From Octopus vulgaris (Eukaryota): a stretch of 64,000 bases of DNA. The stretch spans positions 44,082,001 through 44,146,000 of the forward strand of contig OX597826.1 of NCBI GenBank assembly GCA_951406725.2, read 5' to 3'. The position numbers and the translations under genes are program-made. A model generated the notes under the pieces. That model worked only from the letters and a program-made list of their open reading frames with translations, did no database searches and was not told the origin of the DNA. This document shows, one piece after another, positions 26,391 to 39,711 of the stretch; positions within the stretch are counted from its first letter, which is position 1, and each line of letters begins with the position of its first letter.

Positions 26391-28341
26391 TATATTGATG
26401 CACACACACGCACATATAAATATTCAAAATATATTCTGCGATTCCTCTATATAATTCTGATGCAGTGCAAAAACAATTAAGAGAGACTCACATGTACGTA
26501 CGGATGGTATGAGAGGCGACGTAACAAGTGCTAATTACTGTATCGCATAGAGATGGTTGAGTAAGCACGATAGAAAATGTGTTCTTATGCCAAATTATGT
26601 ACTGATTGTTTCTTCTCACTCGATGCATAATAATATATAAATCATGTAATTAAACGTTGCTTAACCAAGCAGAAACAATGAAAGGTTTCATTGACGAAAA
26701 TTGAGTTGATTGCCCCTAACTTAATTGCTATCATTGTTCCTTTCGGCTCTATTGTTAGACATGTATGATTTAGAGTGGTAGTCTTGACATTCTGTGTAAA
26801 ACTAGCAACAATATTTCTATCCCAAGAGAATTTTGCTATCTATGTTATGGAAATATATATGAGTTTTAGTTTGCGCTATATGTTTCTATATATTTTACAC
26901 ATTTATATGAAGAGCAAACTCGGGACTTTCATCTTAGTAATATTGTACTCGTTGTTTTCATAACGGTGAGTTATGCTGAAAGTTTATATGCTTTTCAGAT
27001 GGTAAAAATACCGAGGTATAAGCAAGCAAACAACACTCAGCTAATGATATTATTTCAATAGATTTTATGGCAATAGCAAGAGAATACGAACGAAAATTAG
27101 CTTTCAGCCCTAACTGCAAAAACATTTAATAAATGCAATAAGAGCAATTAATATATACAAAATGATTAAAGGGGGAAAGAATACACAAACAATGGAATAA
27201 CAAAGACCGTAATGATACAGTAATTACAATACGAACATGGCTACATTACCAAACATAAACACAAACATGTCTATGTAAATACATAATCCCAACAGCGGCA
27301 GAATATATTGTTTAGATGTGTGTGTTAGATCTGCGAAAACATGTTCTCAAATCCGGAATCGTGCGCATGAATGCACTTGTGTAGACTAATGAGGTGTTTG
27401 ATTCCACATAACTATCTGGAATTTTTTTTTTTCTTTTATTTTCTATGCATGTATACTCTTTTTGCTACGTTCTTTGAAACTGTCTCAAATATTTACGTCG
27501 TTCTCTTCCCTCACACGTTTTCTCTCCTTGCGTGTGTGGGTGAATCCGTCTGTGTGTGTGTGTGTGTGTGTGTGAAAGAGAGAGAGAGAGGGACAGAGAC
27601 AGATACAGAGACAGAGACAGAAAGAAAAAGAGTGAGTGTCTGTATATGTCTGTGTGTGTGGTAAAATGTAGCTGTTTATGCTAACCGGAATTACAAATCC
27701 ATACTTAAAGATTACAAGCATTCAGCATCCTGTATACGCACTTATGATGCGACGAACAGACGATAATGATTTAAAGCTTTAAGCGTTATACAGTCGTTTA
27801 CATAACACATGATATCAGGGACCATTTATTTCATTGCATATATCATTGAGGTTTGTGCTTTACGTTTATGACAGGAAATGTTGGGTACTATATCCAAAAC
27901 ATTTCATCTCTTGACCACTATATCTTACTTTCAGAAAATGCACCCATTATGTCATTTAATGTTTTAAACAGTAAAGTGTGATTTTAAGGTCACACTATTG
28001 CAATTTTTAGAAGATTAATTAAATCATTACATACATGGTTCTTCTTATAGCACGTTATATTGTGAGAAGCTTTGCTTCTTTTAGTGACTCTAGCATAGAT
28101 ACGTATCTAAATCTGTGCCCGAACTTCATCTACATACTAAATACAATCATGTACTTTAATATTAATACATTAACGACTGGACGTACACTTTCAGAAGTCT
28201 GATGTCCAGTCCAGCAAGAGTTTTGTCAGGGTAGGATCACCAAATATGCAGCAGCGGTCTAACTTCTAGTATAGAACAGCTCTCCTGAGACTGAGCCTCC
28301 CTATAGATTTTAACTCGATGATGATGCTAATGATAATTATA

Positions 28342-28423
<82 letters not shown>

Positions 28424-28438
28424 TATATATACATATAA

Positions 28439-28680
28439 CACGCCACCATCTCTTCACTTACCAAGGCATCGGGAAAACGCTATGAAAAATATTTTCATAC
28501 CGTTTTTCCGAAGGCCGGATAACTGAAGAGATGGTGGCGTGGATTTCCACCTCGGCATTCGAAACTCGGAATTTTATCTTGGCTAGCGAATAATTGTTAC
28601 ATATTACATTTACAAATACATTCCTCTATTTACATAATATCGGGGTCTCTTTCTTTCTTTTGTTACCTTACTGTTTTTAT

Positions 28681-28684
<4 letters not shown>
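28439..28684. mobile_element. Foldback element in microsatellite, with palindromic centre and one full arm
   Basis: CACGCCACCATCTCTTCA (28439-28456) / TGAAGAGATGGTGGCGTG (28524-28541) enclose further paired segments around TATGAAAAATATTTTCATA. The arm is homologous to 13216-13440. Confidence 0.8.
28513..28584 (+). ncRNA. Type I hammerhead ribozyme motif, near-intact
   Basis: GGCCG GATAA CTGAAGA G-stem II (incl. GTGG/CCAC)-C GAAA CTCGGAA T T TTATC TTGGC. Canonical CUGANGA and GAAA, stem I GATAA/TTATC. Position 16.2 is A here but G in the paralog at ~13397 (GAAACTCTGAGTT). Confidence 0.65.
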
Positions 28685-28715
<31 letters not shown>

Positions 28716-28717
<2 letters not shown>

Positions 28718-28865
28718 GGAGTAAACACATAAATGTGAAACAAGGTGGAAAAAAGAGTACTCAAATACCAGTGGTAGAGTAATATGCTTTATTTCAAGCA
28801 GCAGAAAATTCAACAAAACATCAGAGTAACAAGTTTTGTTGAATTTTCTGCTGCTTTAAATAAAG

Positions 28866-28868
<3 letters not shown>
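28716..28868. repeat. Foldback element in (TA)n with 36-bp arms
   Basis: ATGCTTTATTTCAAGCAGCAGAAAATTCAACAAAAC (28784-28819) / GTTTTGTTGAATTTTCTGCTGCTTTAAATAAAGTAT (28833-28868); two mismatches, 13-nt loop. Confidence 0.8.
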
Positions 28869-28904
<36 letters not shown>

Positions 28905-28953
28905 GTTTAAATATTTGTTTGCAAGATTTTTATTGGCTAAACTGGCAATATGT

Positions 28954-29026
<73 letters not shown>

Positions 29027-30024
29027 GTGTGTGTGCGTACCTACATGTATACGTACTTTACAACAAATATTCAAAAAAGAAATTTGAAAGTTTAGTTGTG
29101 GTGACGAATGAAGCACTGTTCCTATATCAGTGCTCCAGAACGTTGCAGCTTTATCATAATACTGTTTAGAACTCATATTTGAAATTACAATTCATCTTCT
29201 CTCAAAGATTTACAAAATATACAAAAAAAAAAAAAAGAACGATTCATAACTGAAATCCGAGAAGTACATTAATTACAGCATTCTTAACCATAAATAATAG
29301 GTTTTCCCAAAGGAAATCTTTTATAGAACATAATGTTTTAGTAGTTTAAAGTTCAAACTGAATTTTCTCCTGGAGAATGGTAACATTGAACAGCTAAGTG
29401 TTATAATTGACAAGGAACATTGGCATTACTAGACCTTTTTTTTTCTTAAAAGGGTTTAAGAATATAATTTTCTGGCTTGCTTCCAGTTATGTCAATGTTG
29501 CATTGCATTGAAAGTCTTAATGGAAACCTATTTTTAAGTCGATTGTCAATATTTGAATTTCTTTCAATTTTTTTTTTTTTAGGTCTGATGTGAAGTTTTC
29601 TCTTTAAGTGATAAATTTGGTAAATATCCAAGAGAAGAAGATCATTTTTATATAATCCAAATGTAATAATTTCACAACATACTGGAGCAGCACCTAAATA
29701 ACGTTCAAATGTTTCATCGGCAAAATAATTATAACATTTTCCGGCCAAAATATTCTTTACTAAAAGATGTAGAAAATAAATGACTTGACAGTAACACGAA
29801 AAATGAAAATTTAAATATATTTTCTCTAATAAAAATACTACAGAGTGTACCATTATGATCGTTAAGCAGTGCATTTACAAGAACTACCAAAAGTCATATT
29901 GCTAATGTGAAGCCGAATATAATTTATTGATATCTTTTAATGTTAGAAAAAAAAACAACATAATAACATAAAATAAAAATTCTCATTAATATTTCTCTAG
30001 GTAGTCTGTTAGAAGCTTAAAAGA

Positions 30025-30127
30025 TTACATCATCATCAACATCATCATCTTCATCGTTCTCATCACCACCACACCTACTAGCACCAGCACCAGCACAACT
30101 ACCACCACCACAATCACTACCACCACT

Positions 30128-30222
<95 letters not shown>

Positions 30223-30230
30223 CATCATCC

Positions 30231-30273
<43 letters not shown>

Positions 30274-30400
30274 TAATGTCTATTAATGTTATTACTTTTA
30301 CCATTATCATCATTTTGTCCGCGTTGTTGTTACTCTTGTTGTGTTGTTACTCTTGTTGTGTTGTTACTCTTGTTGTGTTGTTATGTTGTTGTTGTTGTTG

Positions 30401-30494
<94 letters not shown>

Positions 30495-30504
30495 CATCAT
30501 CATT
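30025..30504. repeat. Trinucleotide microsatellite cluster (CAT, CAC, TGT, TAT) with 3x 17-bp unit TTGTTACTCTTGTTGTG
   Basis: Directly visible; source of the poly-D/M/Y/I/L ORFs. Confidence 0.95.
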
Positions 30505-30720
30505 AAGGCGGCGAGCCGGCAGAATCGTTAGCACGCTGGACGAAATGCTTAGCAGTATTTCGTCCGTCGCAACGCTCTGAGTTCAAATTCCACCGAAGTC
30601 GACTTTACCTTTCATCCTTCTGGATCGATTAAATAAGTACCAGTTACGCATTGGGGTCGATGAAATCGCCTTAATCCCTTTCCCCCCGAATCTGAGGCCT
30701 TGTGCTTTCACTAGGAAGTA
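30505..30720 (+). mobile_element. SINE family A
   Basis: AAGGCGGCGAGCCGGCAGAATCGTTAGCACG..GAGTTCAAATTCC..TAAGTACCAGTTACGCATTGGGGTCGAT; embedded in (TAT)n. Confidence 0.9.
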
Positions 30721-30733
30721 TTATTATTATTAT

Positions 30734-30830
<97 letters not shown>

Positions 30831-30831
<1 letters not shown>

Positions 30832-33110
30832 TTCATTCGTAGCACAGTGTAGCTAGAATTGCACCGGAATCTTTAGCCATCTGTCAAGTCACAACACGAA
30901 CCTCAGACAGATAAAACTTCTCTCAAGATGTGCGCTGTGTCCAATACAGCTGCTTTTTGCAAGACAGCAATCTTGCATGGGATTTCCAGATGTCTTAAGA
31001 AATGTTGAAGTTTCAATGGGATTGAGCCCAACGCATCGATCACCACTGGTACCACTTTTGCATTACCCTCTCGCATTCCATTCAGTCTTGCCATTTCCAT
31101 TTTCAATTCGGAGTACTTGGTGATTTTTTCAACCTCTTTACTCACAGCATGCATGTCATTTGTATGACTGCATCAATGATCTGACAGTTTGTCTCTCTTA
31201 TTCAATATGACAATATCCGGTGTTCGATTACACGATCCGTCTGAAAATCATTGTTCCGGAGAATAGTTACTTTAACATCCTCTTGCATAACTTTACTTCG
31301 TACATGTTAATTCCAGTTCTCTGTTACTTCATACTGCTATTTACGGCATAAGAGCCATTGAAGATACACTCACAATTTATCGTGGCGACGTTTGTATTCT
31401 TTTTGTTCAAGGCTCTCACATCCACCTATCAAGTGGGTCACATTTTCCTCAATCTTTACACAGAGTCTGCATTTCTGGGTGTCAGAGGTTTTATAAATGT
31501 TATACTTCACTGAATTGGTAGTGAGAGCCTGGTTCTGTGCAGCAATGACAAGGAATCTATCTGTTTTTCAGATTTCCCAAACAATTTCAGGTCAACCAAT
31601 AAGACATGGTTCAATGATGGGCCTTTCTTCCCACATCGGTAACCCATCTTAACTTTCCTAAGTGTCATTGTTATGTGTATTAGTGCAATTACAAAAAGTA
31701 ACGGAGAAGACGAGTCACCTTGGAAGATTCCCCCTTTAATTTTAACTTCTCCAAGGAATACATTACTTGAGTACAATTTAGTCTTCCACTCTTTCATGCT
31801 ATGCATCAGAAAATTTGTGATTTTGTCAGCAACACCAAACATCTGCAGGCATTAAACGATCCAAGAATGAGGCATCATATGATATGCTTTATTAAAGTCA
31901 TTCCAAGCCATAGACATGTTTGTATGATGTTTTTTACAATGCCTCAAAACTGTTTTATCGATGATCAGGTGATCCTTGGTACCCTGAGAACTCTTCCTAC
32001 ATCCTTTTTATTCCCTTGGCAGTATTTCTTCCTGTGCCAGGAAAGCGTATGTCTTTGCCGCACATATTCCAGTGAGTATCTTCCAGATCTTGTTTAGGCA
32101 TGCTAGGGGACGGTAGTTTTCCATAGTATTCCCCTTTCTTCTATCTTCATTACAAGTGTTGTTCTCACAGTAACCATCCATGCTAGGACTGTACCTTTAT
32201 GGACACACTCATTCAACTGGGATGCTAGTGTTTCATGCACCGCGTGGCATCTCTTCAACCAGCCATGAATTCAATCTTGTCCAGGGGCTTTCCAGTTAGG
32301 CACTTTACCCACTTGTTCTTTCACATCAACCGTGCTTATGCCAATATTCCTTTTGTTTCTTTTCTCCCTGTAATTCTATCTTGATAGGTCCTATCCACAT
32401 TGCATCCCTTTTATGCACTACATTGTTTACCCATAATCCGCTCCAGAACTCCTTGGCTTGGTTTGCGTCAGCAGCAAGATTTTCTCCATTGTCTCCTTCT
32501 CACGCTCGGAAGAATGACTTCAGGTTATTTTTTAACAATCTGTTCTCGAACTGATTATTTCTGTTCACAAATCTTCTGATCTTCTGGCTTTTAGCCATGG
32601 TCTTCTGTTCTAACTGTTCTATTATTCCATCAAAGCTTTTCTTCTGTATTTTATATTTCTTCTCTAATTTTTTCTCGGTTGGTCTTTTTCCCATTCTCCA
32701 GTTTCCTCTTAACCTATTTCTTTACTACCCACAAGGGGCTAAACACAGAGAGGACAAACAAGGACAGACAAACGGATTAAGTCGATTATATCGACCCCAG
32801 TGCGTAACTGGTACTTATTTAATCGACCCCGGAAGGATGAAAGGCAAAGTCGACCTCGGCGGAATTTGAACTCAAAACGTAACGGCAGACGAAATACGGC
32901 TACGCATTTCGCCCGGCGTGCTAACGTTTCTGCCAGCTCGCAGCCTTTTCCTCTTAACCATTGCTCAATTCTTCCTAGATCTTGCCTTGCCCGCATTATA
33001 TCCCTTTCAATGCGTCGTTTCCACCGTGGTTCTTTTGCCCCACCACTTTTTGTTCATGAGTCGTTCGTGGAGTTCCCATGGGAGTTGTTATTGAGATCCC
33101 ATCTCTCTCT
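30831..33110 (-). mobile_element. Decayed R4/Dong-clade non-LTR retrotransposon (RT + CCHC + restriction-like endonuclease)
   Basis: Minus-strand peptides: EPRWKRRIE, NWKAPG, GIFQGDSSSPLLFVIAL, LNHVLLVDLKLFGK, IAAQNQAL..CRLC..ENVTHLIGGC..EYKRRHD, KITKYSELKMEMARL..VVPVVIDALGSIP..LQKAAVLDTAHILREVL. The 3' end abuts (TAG)n/(TAA)n. Multiple frameshifts. Confidence 0.9.
32715..32946 (-). mobile_element. SINE family A inserted into the R4/Dong element
   Basis: 13-bp TSD TTTCCTCTTAACC (32702-32714, 32947-32959). Removing the SINE plus one TSD restores the frame ...IEQWLRGNWRMGKRPTEKK. Confidence 0.95.
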
Positions 33111-33164
33111 TTCTCTCTTTATTTGTATATAGACATGCAATTGTATGTACATACATAAATAAGG

Positions 33165-33410
33165 TGCTTGCATTGTGTCGCCTCCTTAAACACAGTGATT
33201 ATCGTTACCACCACCTTCTACCTATAGCATTTAAAATTATCAATATTAATCTCAGTGCCGGTATATTGCAGCAGATCTTCGTCCCTATTTATCAAATACT
33301 CAGCAAGCGTTCTCCTTTCACACCTTATACAATGGTCTATACTAAACCTTCCTCTGCCACCATTCTTTCTTTTCATATATAGTCTGTTTACATTTGCAGT
33401 TAACACTTAA
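33165..33410 (-). pseudogene. R4-type LINE post-RT (thumb) fragment
   Basis: ANVNRLYMKRKNGGRG..SIDHCIRCERRTLAEYL resembles the RLYxPRxxGGRGL motif of RLE-bearing LINEs. Confidence 0.75.
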
Positions 33411-33650
33411 TACTATATTTTGCGATCCCTGCATGAATGGTAATCCGGGGGCCAATCTCAAATAATTTTTAGTCACTTCACAATCGTTGGTTTTATAACC
33501 GTCTTGAAAGTAGGAGAAAGAAGAACACACCAAATTCTACTGGTCTGTAAATACGTCCGGTAGATGACAAGGAGTTCAGCGGGGGGCATTCCTGTGCGAT
33601 AAGCAGACAAGTGAGGGGGGCAGCAGAGGTCAAATGTGCTTAAACTACTA
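33411..33650 (-). pseudogene. L2/CR1-type RT thumb fragment
   Basis: GMPPAELLVIYRTY then frameshifted RPV-EF resembles LL..Y...IRPVLEY. Confidence 0.45.
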
Positions 33651-33695
33651 ACGATCAATGAGAGTGCTGACATTGTTCTATTTTTAATTACCTAA

Positions 33696-33806
33696 AACAA
33701 CAACAACGGCAACAACAACAACGGCAACAACAACAACGGCAACAACAACAACGGCAACAACAACAACGGCAACAACAACAACGGCAACAACAACAGCAGC
33801 AGCAGC

Positions 33807-33864
<58 letters not shown>

Positions 33865-33872
33865 ATAATAAT
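33696..33872. repeat. (CAA)n microsatellite with 15-bp higher-order unit (CAA)4CGG
   Basis: Directly visible. Confidence 0.95.
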
Positions 33873-35146
33873 ATATACGTAACTTTTGAATTTCTGAGGT
33901 TTAAAAATGAATTATCTTTTCTTTTTATAAGTTTTACTGTAGTTTATAGTTTTTGAAATTGTGCAGTTGGTATATATTAGCAGGTGCTTTCCTCCTTAAT
34001 TTAAAAAGAACAATTTTTCTAGAGATGTTCGTTTGTATGTCCAATCAGAAAAACTGTAGTGTTTTGCAATAAATTTGTGTTGTGTAATAGTGTGTATTAA
34101 TTTTCCCCGACTCTGTACTAGATATTGTTGTTATCTTACACTGGATATCTTGAAATGTATACAAGAAACGTATTGAAATAAATCTTTATAAATCATTTAA
34201 ATGTATTAAATTTACAAACTCATTTTTTCATGGCAGACAGATGTATATATAAATCTATGATAACTTGATGTTTTCCACAGTGGATAGAAAATACAGTACT
34301 AGACGTGTGTTGCACTTTTTACACAGTGCAGCACAAAAACAGTGATGCACGATAATAGGCTAAACATCATGAACACAATATGTAAATAGCTTTCAAAGAA
34401 TAAGCAAATTTCTAAGATCTTCATGTCAATTTCAAACCATATTTTTGCATGATGGGAGCATTCTCTCATAGTTTTGTCTTTAACCTCATGCATGTATTTG
34501 CGTTATTCATATTTCTGCTGTTTTCACGTCTTATTCCTTAAATATTTACCCGTATACAAATGGAAACTCACTTCTGCCATTGTCTTTGTTGGTCACTGAC
34601 AATTTTTATATAATACTAATAGCTGATAAGGTACTAAATTATTCCAAGATACCCATTAGCATTATTTGTACAATTACTCACCAAAGCAAACGTTTTTAAT
34701 TATTTTACCCCTACACCATACACACACGATTACCAATTTTAAAGGAGTTTGAGAGTGTTTATACAAATGCTTTGTAGATGAGTATGACGAGTGTCCAGAT
34801 GCAGCTTAGCAATAAATCGCATGTAACACATCCGGATACAGACAAGCGACAGAGGCTCACAGGCACATATATAAACACATATGTTCACACACCCAGACAC
34901 TTACACACACGTATACTTTTGTCTTAATGAATGTAAGAAAAAGTACTCGATAGTAAGGTGGGGATGATAATTCATTTCGACTGATGCAGTTGACTATTTT
35001 ATTGAAGTTTCCAAGTAATAAAACTAATTCATAGGGCAAAATGAAATGATAAAGTAAGGAAAGACAGACCTCTCCCGATAAAAATAGATGGATAAAAGCA
35101 CAGGATTGGTTGATCAATGTATGCCAACAGGACAGAAGTTTTTGTT

Positions 35147-36088
35147 AAATCGAGTTGACGGTTGTCAGAGAACAGAATACAAAAGTTGAGCTTGCAGAAT
35201 CTCAGGATTCCGAAATACACAATTTCATGTTAGCATAGTACATAATATAAAATTCAACGTCTTGAATTCTGTACTAACACAGACTACACAAACAGGCTTT
35301 ACCACTGAGTCAGCAGAAAAATAGGTAAAACAAAAGTCGTAAAGATATAGGAAAAACATAGAGAAACGTCCAGTGAAGTAGGAGGGTTGTACCCAAGATT
35401 CGATGTCATTCCTACACTTAGAAATTACTGCTAGGTCTCAGTGTAGTAAATATTGCAGAAGAAAAGCGAAATGTTAACCGTCGTAAATCGTAAGCAATTT
35501 CAATGGTGAAATACTGAAATGGTCAAATGAGCTGGTAAAGGTGGAATATAAGGTAGGTTTGTGGGAGGATAATGCTTACTATGGTTTCAAAAACCCAAAG
35601 ACTATCAGATTCCAATACAAAATATGAAATACTAGGACCAAGATTGGGTGTCAAAAATGCAATGTCATGCTCAGGTTTTGTGTTCATCTGCCACTTCAGG
35701 ACTCTGCACTGCACAAATGATCTTTTCGACCTTTTCAGAGCGATACACACTATAAGTAGTTTCTGTTGCAGCATTTGCAATCTGGGTGTTGCCTATCTAC
35801 ACTAAACCTGCCGTACAATGAAATACAATGCACTATCACAATACAACGCAATACAGCATAATAACATGTGGTAAGTACGTGCTACATGAAACTATACAGC
35901 ATAAACGAGTCTAAATCCGATGCTATAATCGACTCCATTACGCAAAATGTGAAGTGCAAATCGATTTGACGGTTGTCAGGGAACAAAATACAAAAGTTGA
36001 GCTTGCAGAATCTCAGGATTCCGAAATACACAATTTCTTGTTAGCATAGTACATAATATAAAATTCAACGTTTAGAATTCTGTACTAA
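35147..36088 (+). repeat. 131-bp direct repeat pair (35147-35277 and 35958-36088)
   Basis: AAATCGA.TTGACGGTTGTCAG...GAATTCTGTACTAA; 6 mismatches counted by eye. Confidence 0.9.
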
Positions 36089-37191
36089 AAGCGTAGAATA
36101 TCGATGTCACAATGGATAGAGGTGTTCTTATTAGCAATGTAATAAAATGTCGCGTCTGCATGGTCACGAACTTAATAAATATCCACTACTCCAATGAACG
36201 TATCCAGCTGTCATAAGTCCGCGGATTATGTGTATTCCCGTTGAATCGTCCGAGCCGATTCAGTTTGCTGTTCGGGCAAATAACGAGTGTAGTTTTGATG
36301 TGTAGTATATTCCGGACCTTAGAGGAGGAGGGATATAAATATTCAAGTACCTAATTGAGTTCAGTACTAGAAGAGTAAACTGTTGACAAAATGCTGAAGT
36401 TTTTCGCTGGTGTATTCCTAGTACACTATCCGAGTGTTTCAAATGTAGCGATTGCAAGAAGTGAAAGAAAGTTTGAAGGAAAGAGGTTGATAGACGCCTA
36501 GGACCATTTACTATGGCGAATAAGTCACCCAAAATCGCAAGATTTACCTTGGACAGAACGTCAATTCGTCGTAAGGCTATTATATACGGCTGAGTAGACC
36601 GGAGCAACATGAGTACCGCATACTAAGCATTATGCCATGCGTTTGTATACACGATAGCACATGTTATGAAATGGTACGCATATTTATACCCTTCTATATT
36701 CTCCGGTTTGCAGGCCGAATTCCAGTAAAAAACATAGTTATATTTAAACAAACATAACTTCAATTTTCTTAAGGTCACTTATTTCATATTCAGTATGTTA
36801 CGCCCCCTATGTTCCTTTGCGCCCCTGCTTTTAGTGCCACACCCGGCATATGTTCTCGCTTTCGTGGTTACACTTGCAGACTACCATGCAGAACGGGTGT
36901 GGTATCTAATAAAACTTCTGTGTATATGAGAACCACAAAATTATTACATACCAGCTATAGTTGAATAAAAAAAGAAGTAAAGGAACAACAATAGCAGAAA
37001 CAATAATTCTCTTACCTGTTACGTTGTTACCTTTTACTTCGGGGTGTCGTCTTGAAGGAATTAGTCGAATAAATCAGTTCCAGTATTTATATTTTTAAGA
37101 CTGCTACCTATTCTAGCGCTCTCTTTTCCAAACCGATAAGCTATGTACACGCACGCACAAACACACGCGCGCGCGCACACACACACTAACA

Positions 37192-37248
<57 letters not shown>

Positions 37249-37620
37249 ACACACACAAATGCACAAACACACAGACATAGACACAGACACGCACAGAGAT
37301 AAATATTCTTTATTTAAATGAGACAATACATACCTTTAAATGCTACTAATAGTTTCATATGTTTAGAAATTTCTCAAACATATATAATCATCAGGCAGAA
37401 ACCACATATTATAACGAACTACAAAAATTGAATGAGAGAAGAAACGTGAAAAAATTGAAAAGGCAGCATATAAAAAACCTGGAAGGGTAATAAAACGGAA
37501 AAGGACAAACGGAAAGCGAAAACACAAAAACTAAAACGTAAAATGTAAAAAAAAAATGTGTGCGTATATGATGGGCTTCAACAAAGTTTTCGTTTACAAC
37601 ATTTGTTTCGCAAGGAATCG

Positions 37621-37720
37621 TTCGGCGTGGGGTGATAATAGAAGGCACATGGCCAAAGTGCCAAGCAGTGGAATTGAACCTGAATCTGCGTGGTTACAAA
37701 ATGAGCTTCTTAACCACACA
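37621..37720 (-). mobile_element. Old SINE family C head fragment
   Basis: ATAGAAGGCACATGGCCAAAGTGCCAAGCAGTGGAATTGAACC..TTAACCACACA is a diverged match to 52483-52567. Confidence 0.6.
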
Positions 37721-38841
37721 ACGTGTCTTCAATATTTCGTTTTCTTTTTTCTTCACCAAATTGTATTTTTTGGAAGCATAATATGTTTGGTATATGCTGT
37801 AACAATTCTTTAATTGTTACAAAGTTGAAGGAATAGCAACGGAAGATTCAGTTGAAACAGTCCTTTCTCTTTCCCCAGATATTTTGCAATACCACATAAG
37901 TAATCGACTCGATAACAATAATTCAATTGTAAGGATGAAGACAGAAACCAGCGCGAGGAAAATATAATTATTTTCAGTTATTTATTTAACTACCGTCCAA
38001 ACATATCTCGGAATTTCTCGGAAATAAATAAAAAAAAAAAGTAATAACTTTAAGTTAAAATTTACTTTCTAGAAACATCCAGAAAATGTTATTTTCATAT
38101 ATGGCGGATTAGCATTTCGTTCACTCTAAAAGAAATTAGAAACGCATAAACTGTAATCGTGTTACTTTTTAAAAGCTTTAAATTGAATTTTATATTTTCA
38201 GTGATGTTATCTTTTTGACTGAAGATTTTAAAATGAGTTCTTAATTCTGAATTTATCCCTTCTAACAATTTACCACCAACTGCTAGTAATCTTTAATGGA
38301 AATCACTTCACTTAGAGTGTAATATTCTTTAAAAGCTACGAAAAGTTTACGATTCTATAGCCCTTTTAATTTTGTTGACGTTGTAAATTTTATTTTTTAT
38401 TGTAATAAAATAATGGGCAGATTTATGGATAGTGAATATATTTGAGAAAATAGAAATTATAGATATGTTTAAAATAGTTCACATCGGAATAAACTCTACT
38501 CCATTATGATAGCATGATAGAAATATGAGCTGCACACAGGAACATCTGTGCTTCTCCTTGGCAAACATATTCCAAGATAAAGAATTTTTTTTGTATTTAA
38601 TTTAACCTTACGCCATTCTTATTTCAATACTTGTTAATGTACATTTTTAAGTTTTCGTCAATATGAACTCAGTTGTATGTATGTATGTGTGTATGTATGT
38701 ATGTATGTATGTATGTATGTATGTATGTATGTATGTATGTATGCATGTATGCATGTATGCATGTAAGCATGTATGCATGTATGTATGTATGTATGTATGC
38801 ATGTACGTATGTATGTATATATATATATATATATATATAAA

Positions 38842-38893
<52 letters not shown>

Positions 38894-39711
38894 TGTGTGT
38901 TTTGAAAACAGAGTTTCATATCAATGTATTATTTTTTAAATATTAATTTTACTTTTACGTACAATTATTGCGAGTCATAGGTCGGTTCAAATGAAGATTG
39001 CGGGAGGAAATGGGAAAATAATTTATCGTACCGATATGGCTCGGAAGATGCCAACTGTGAACTGAACAGTTGCCAAGGTCATTATTACCGTCTATCCCGA
39101 ACATGATAAATCTACTGATAGCAGAGGATCGATTTAATGCAGTATATCGCATATCCTCGTTTAGTGACAATTTGTTTTCATCGATCGCGTTCAAATTTGC
39201 TATGCTTTGAGTAAAACGTTTCTTTAAATCAAAACATCTGACATGCATTTCTTCCATTCCTGTAATATCAGCAGTATCAATAAATTGAAATTTTCTTTAT
39301 TATATTTTTGTTGAAAAAAACTCAGTGAGTTAAAACTAATAATGTATTTTATTTCGTTTTTGAAAAGTGACACATCAACAGCATCGAAATCTGGTTGTTT
39401 TTTTTTTTTCTTGTGCTCGCCAAAATATAAGATGCTGCGATTTTGAAATTATTGTCTTCAGACACTAAATCAATTACAGGGGTGGTTTCACAGAAATGTG
39501 TCAATCACGTTGCTTTGCGCTATCCCTTTAAGAACTTTATGTTCAGTTCAAATTCTACCAATGCCACTCTCGTCATTCATTCTGCAGATGGTCAATAAGG
39601 TCAAAGTAGCGATCAAGTATTGGGCTACTTTTGTTGATTGACTCCTCTACCCAAATTTGTAGCGTTATGCTTATGTATGAACTTATAATACATACTCTTC
39701 TGTAGTATTAC

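Noticed and set aside
30017-30580. Poly-Asp/Met/Tyr/Ile/Leu ORFs (also poly-Ser/Arg/Glu at 60742-61102)
   Set aside because: Trinucleotide microsatellites with no flanking coding context.
33545-33640. GC-rich patch upstream of the R4 element as a candidate HDV-like 5' ribozyme
   Set aside because: Could not fold a nested double pseudoknot by eye; better explained as an L2/CR1 coding remnant.
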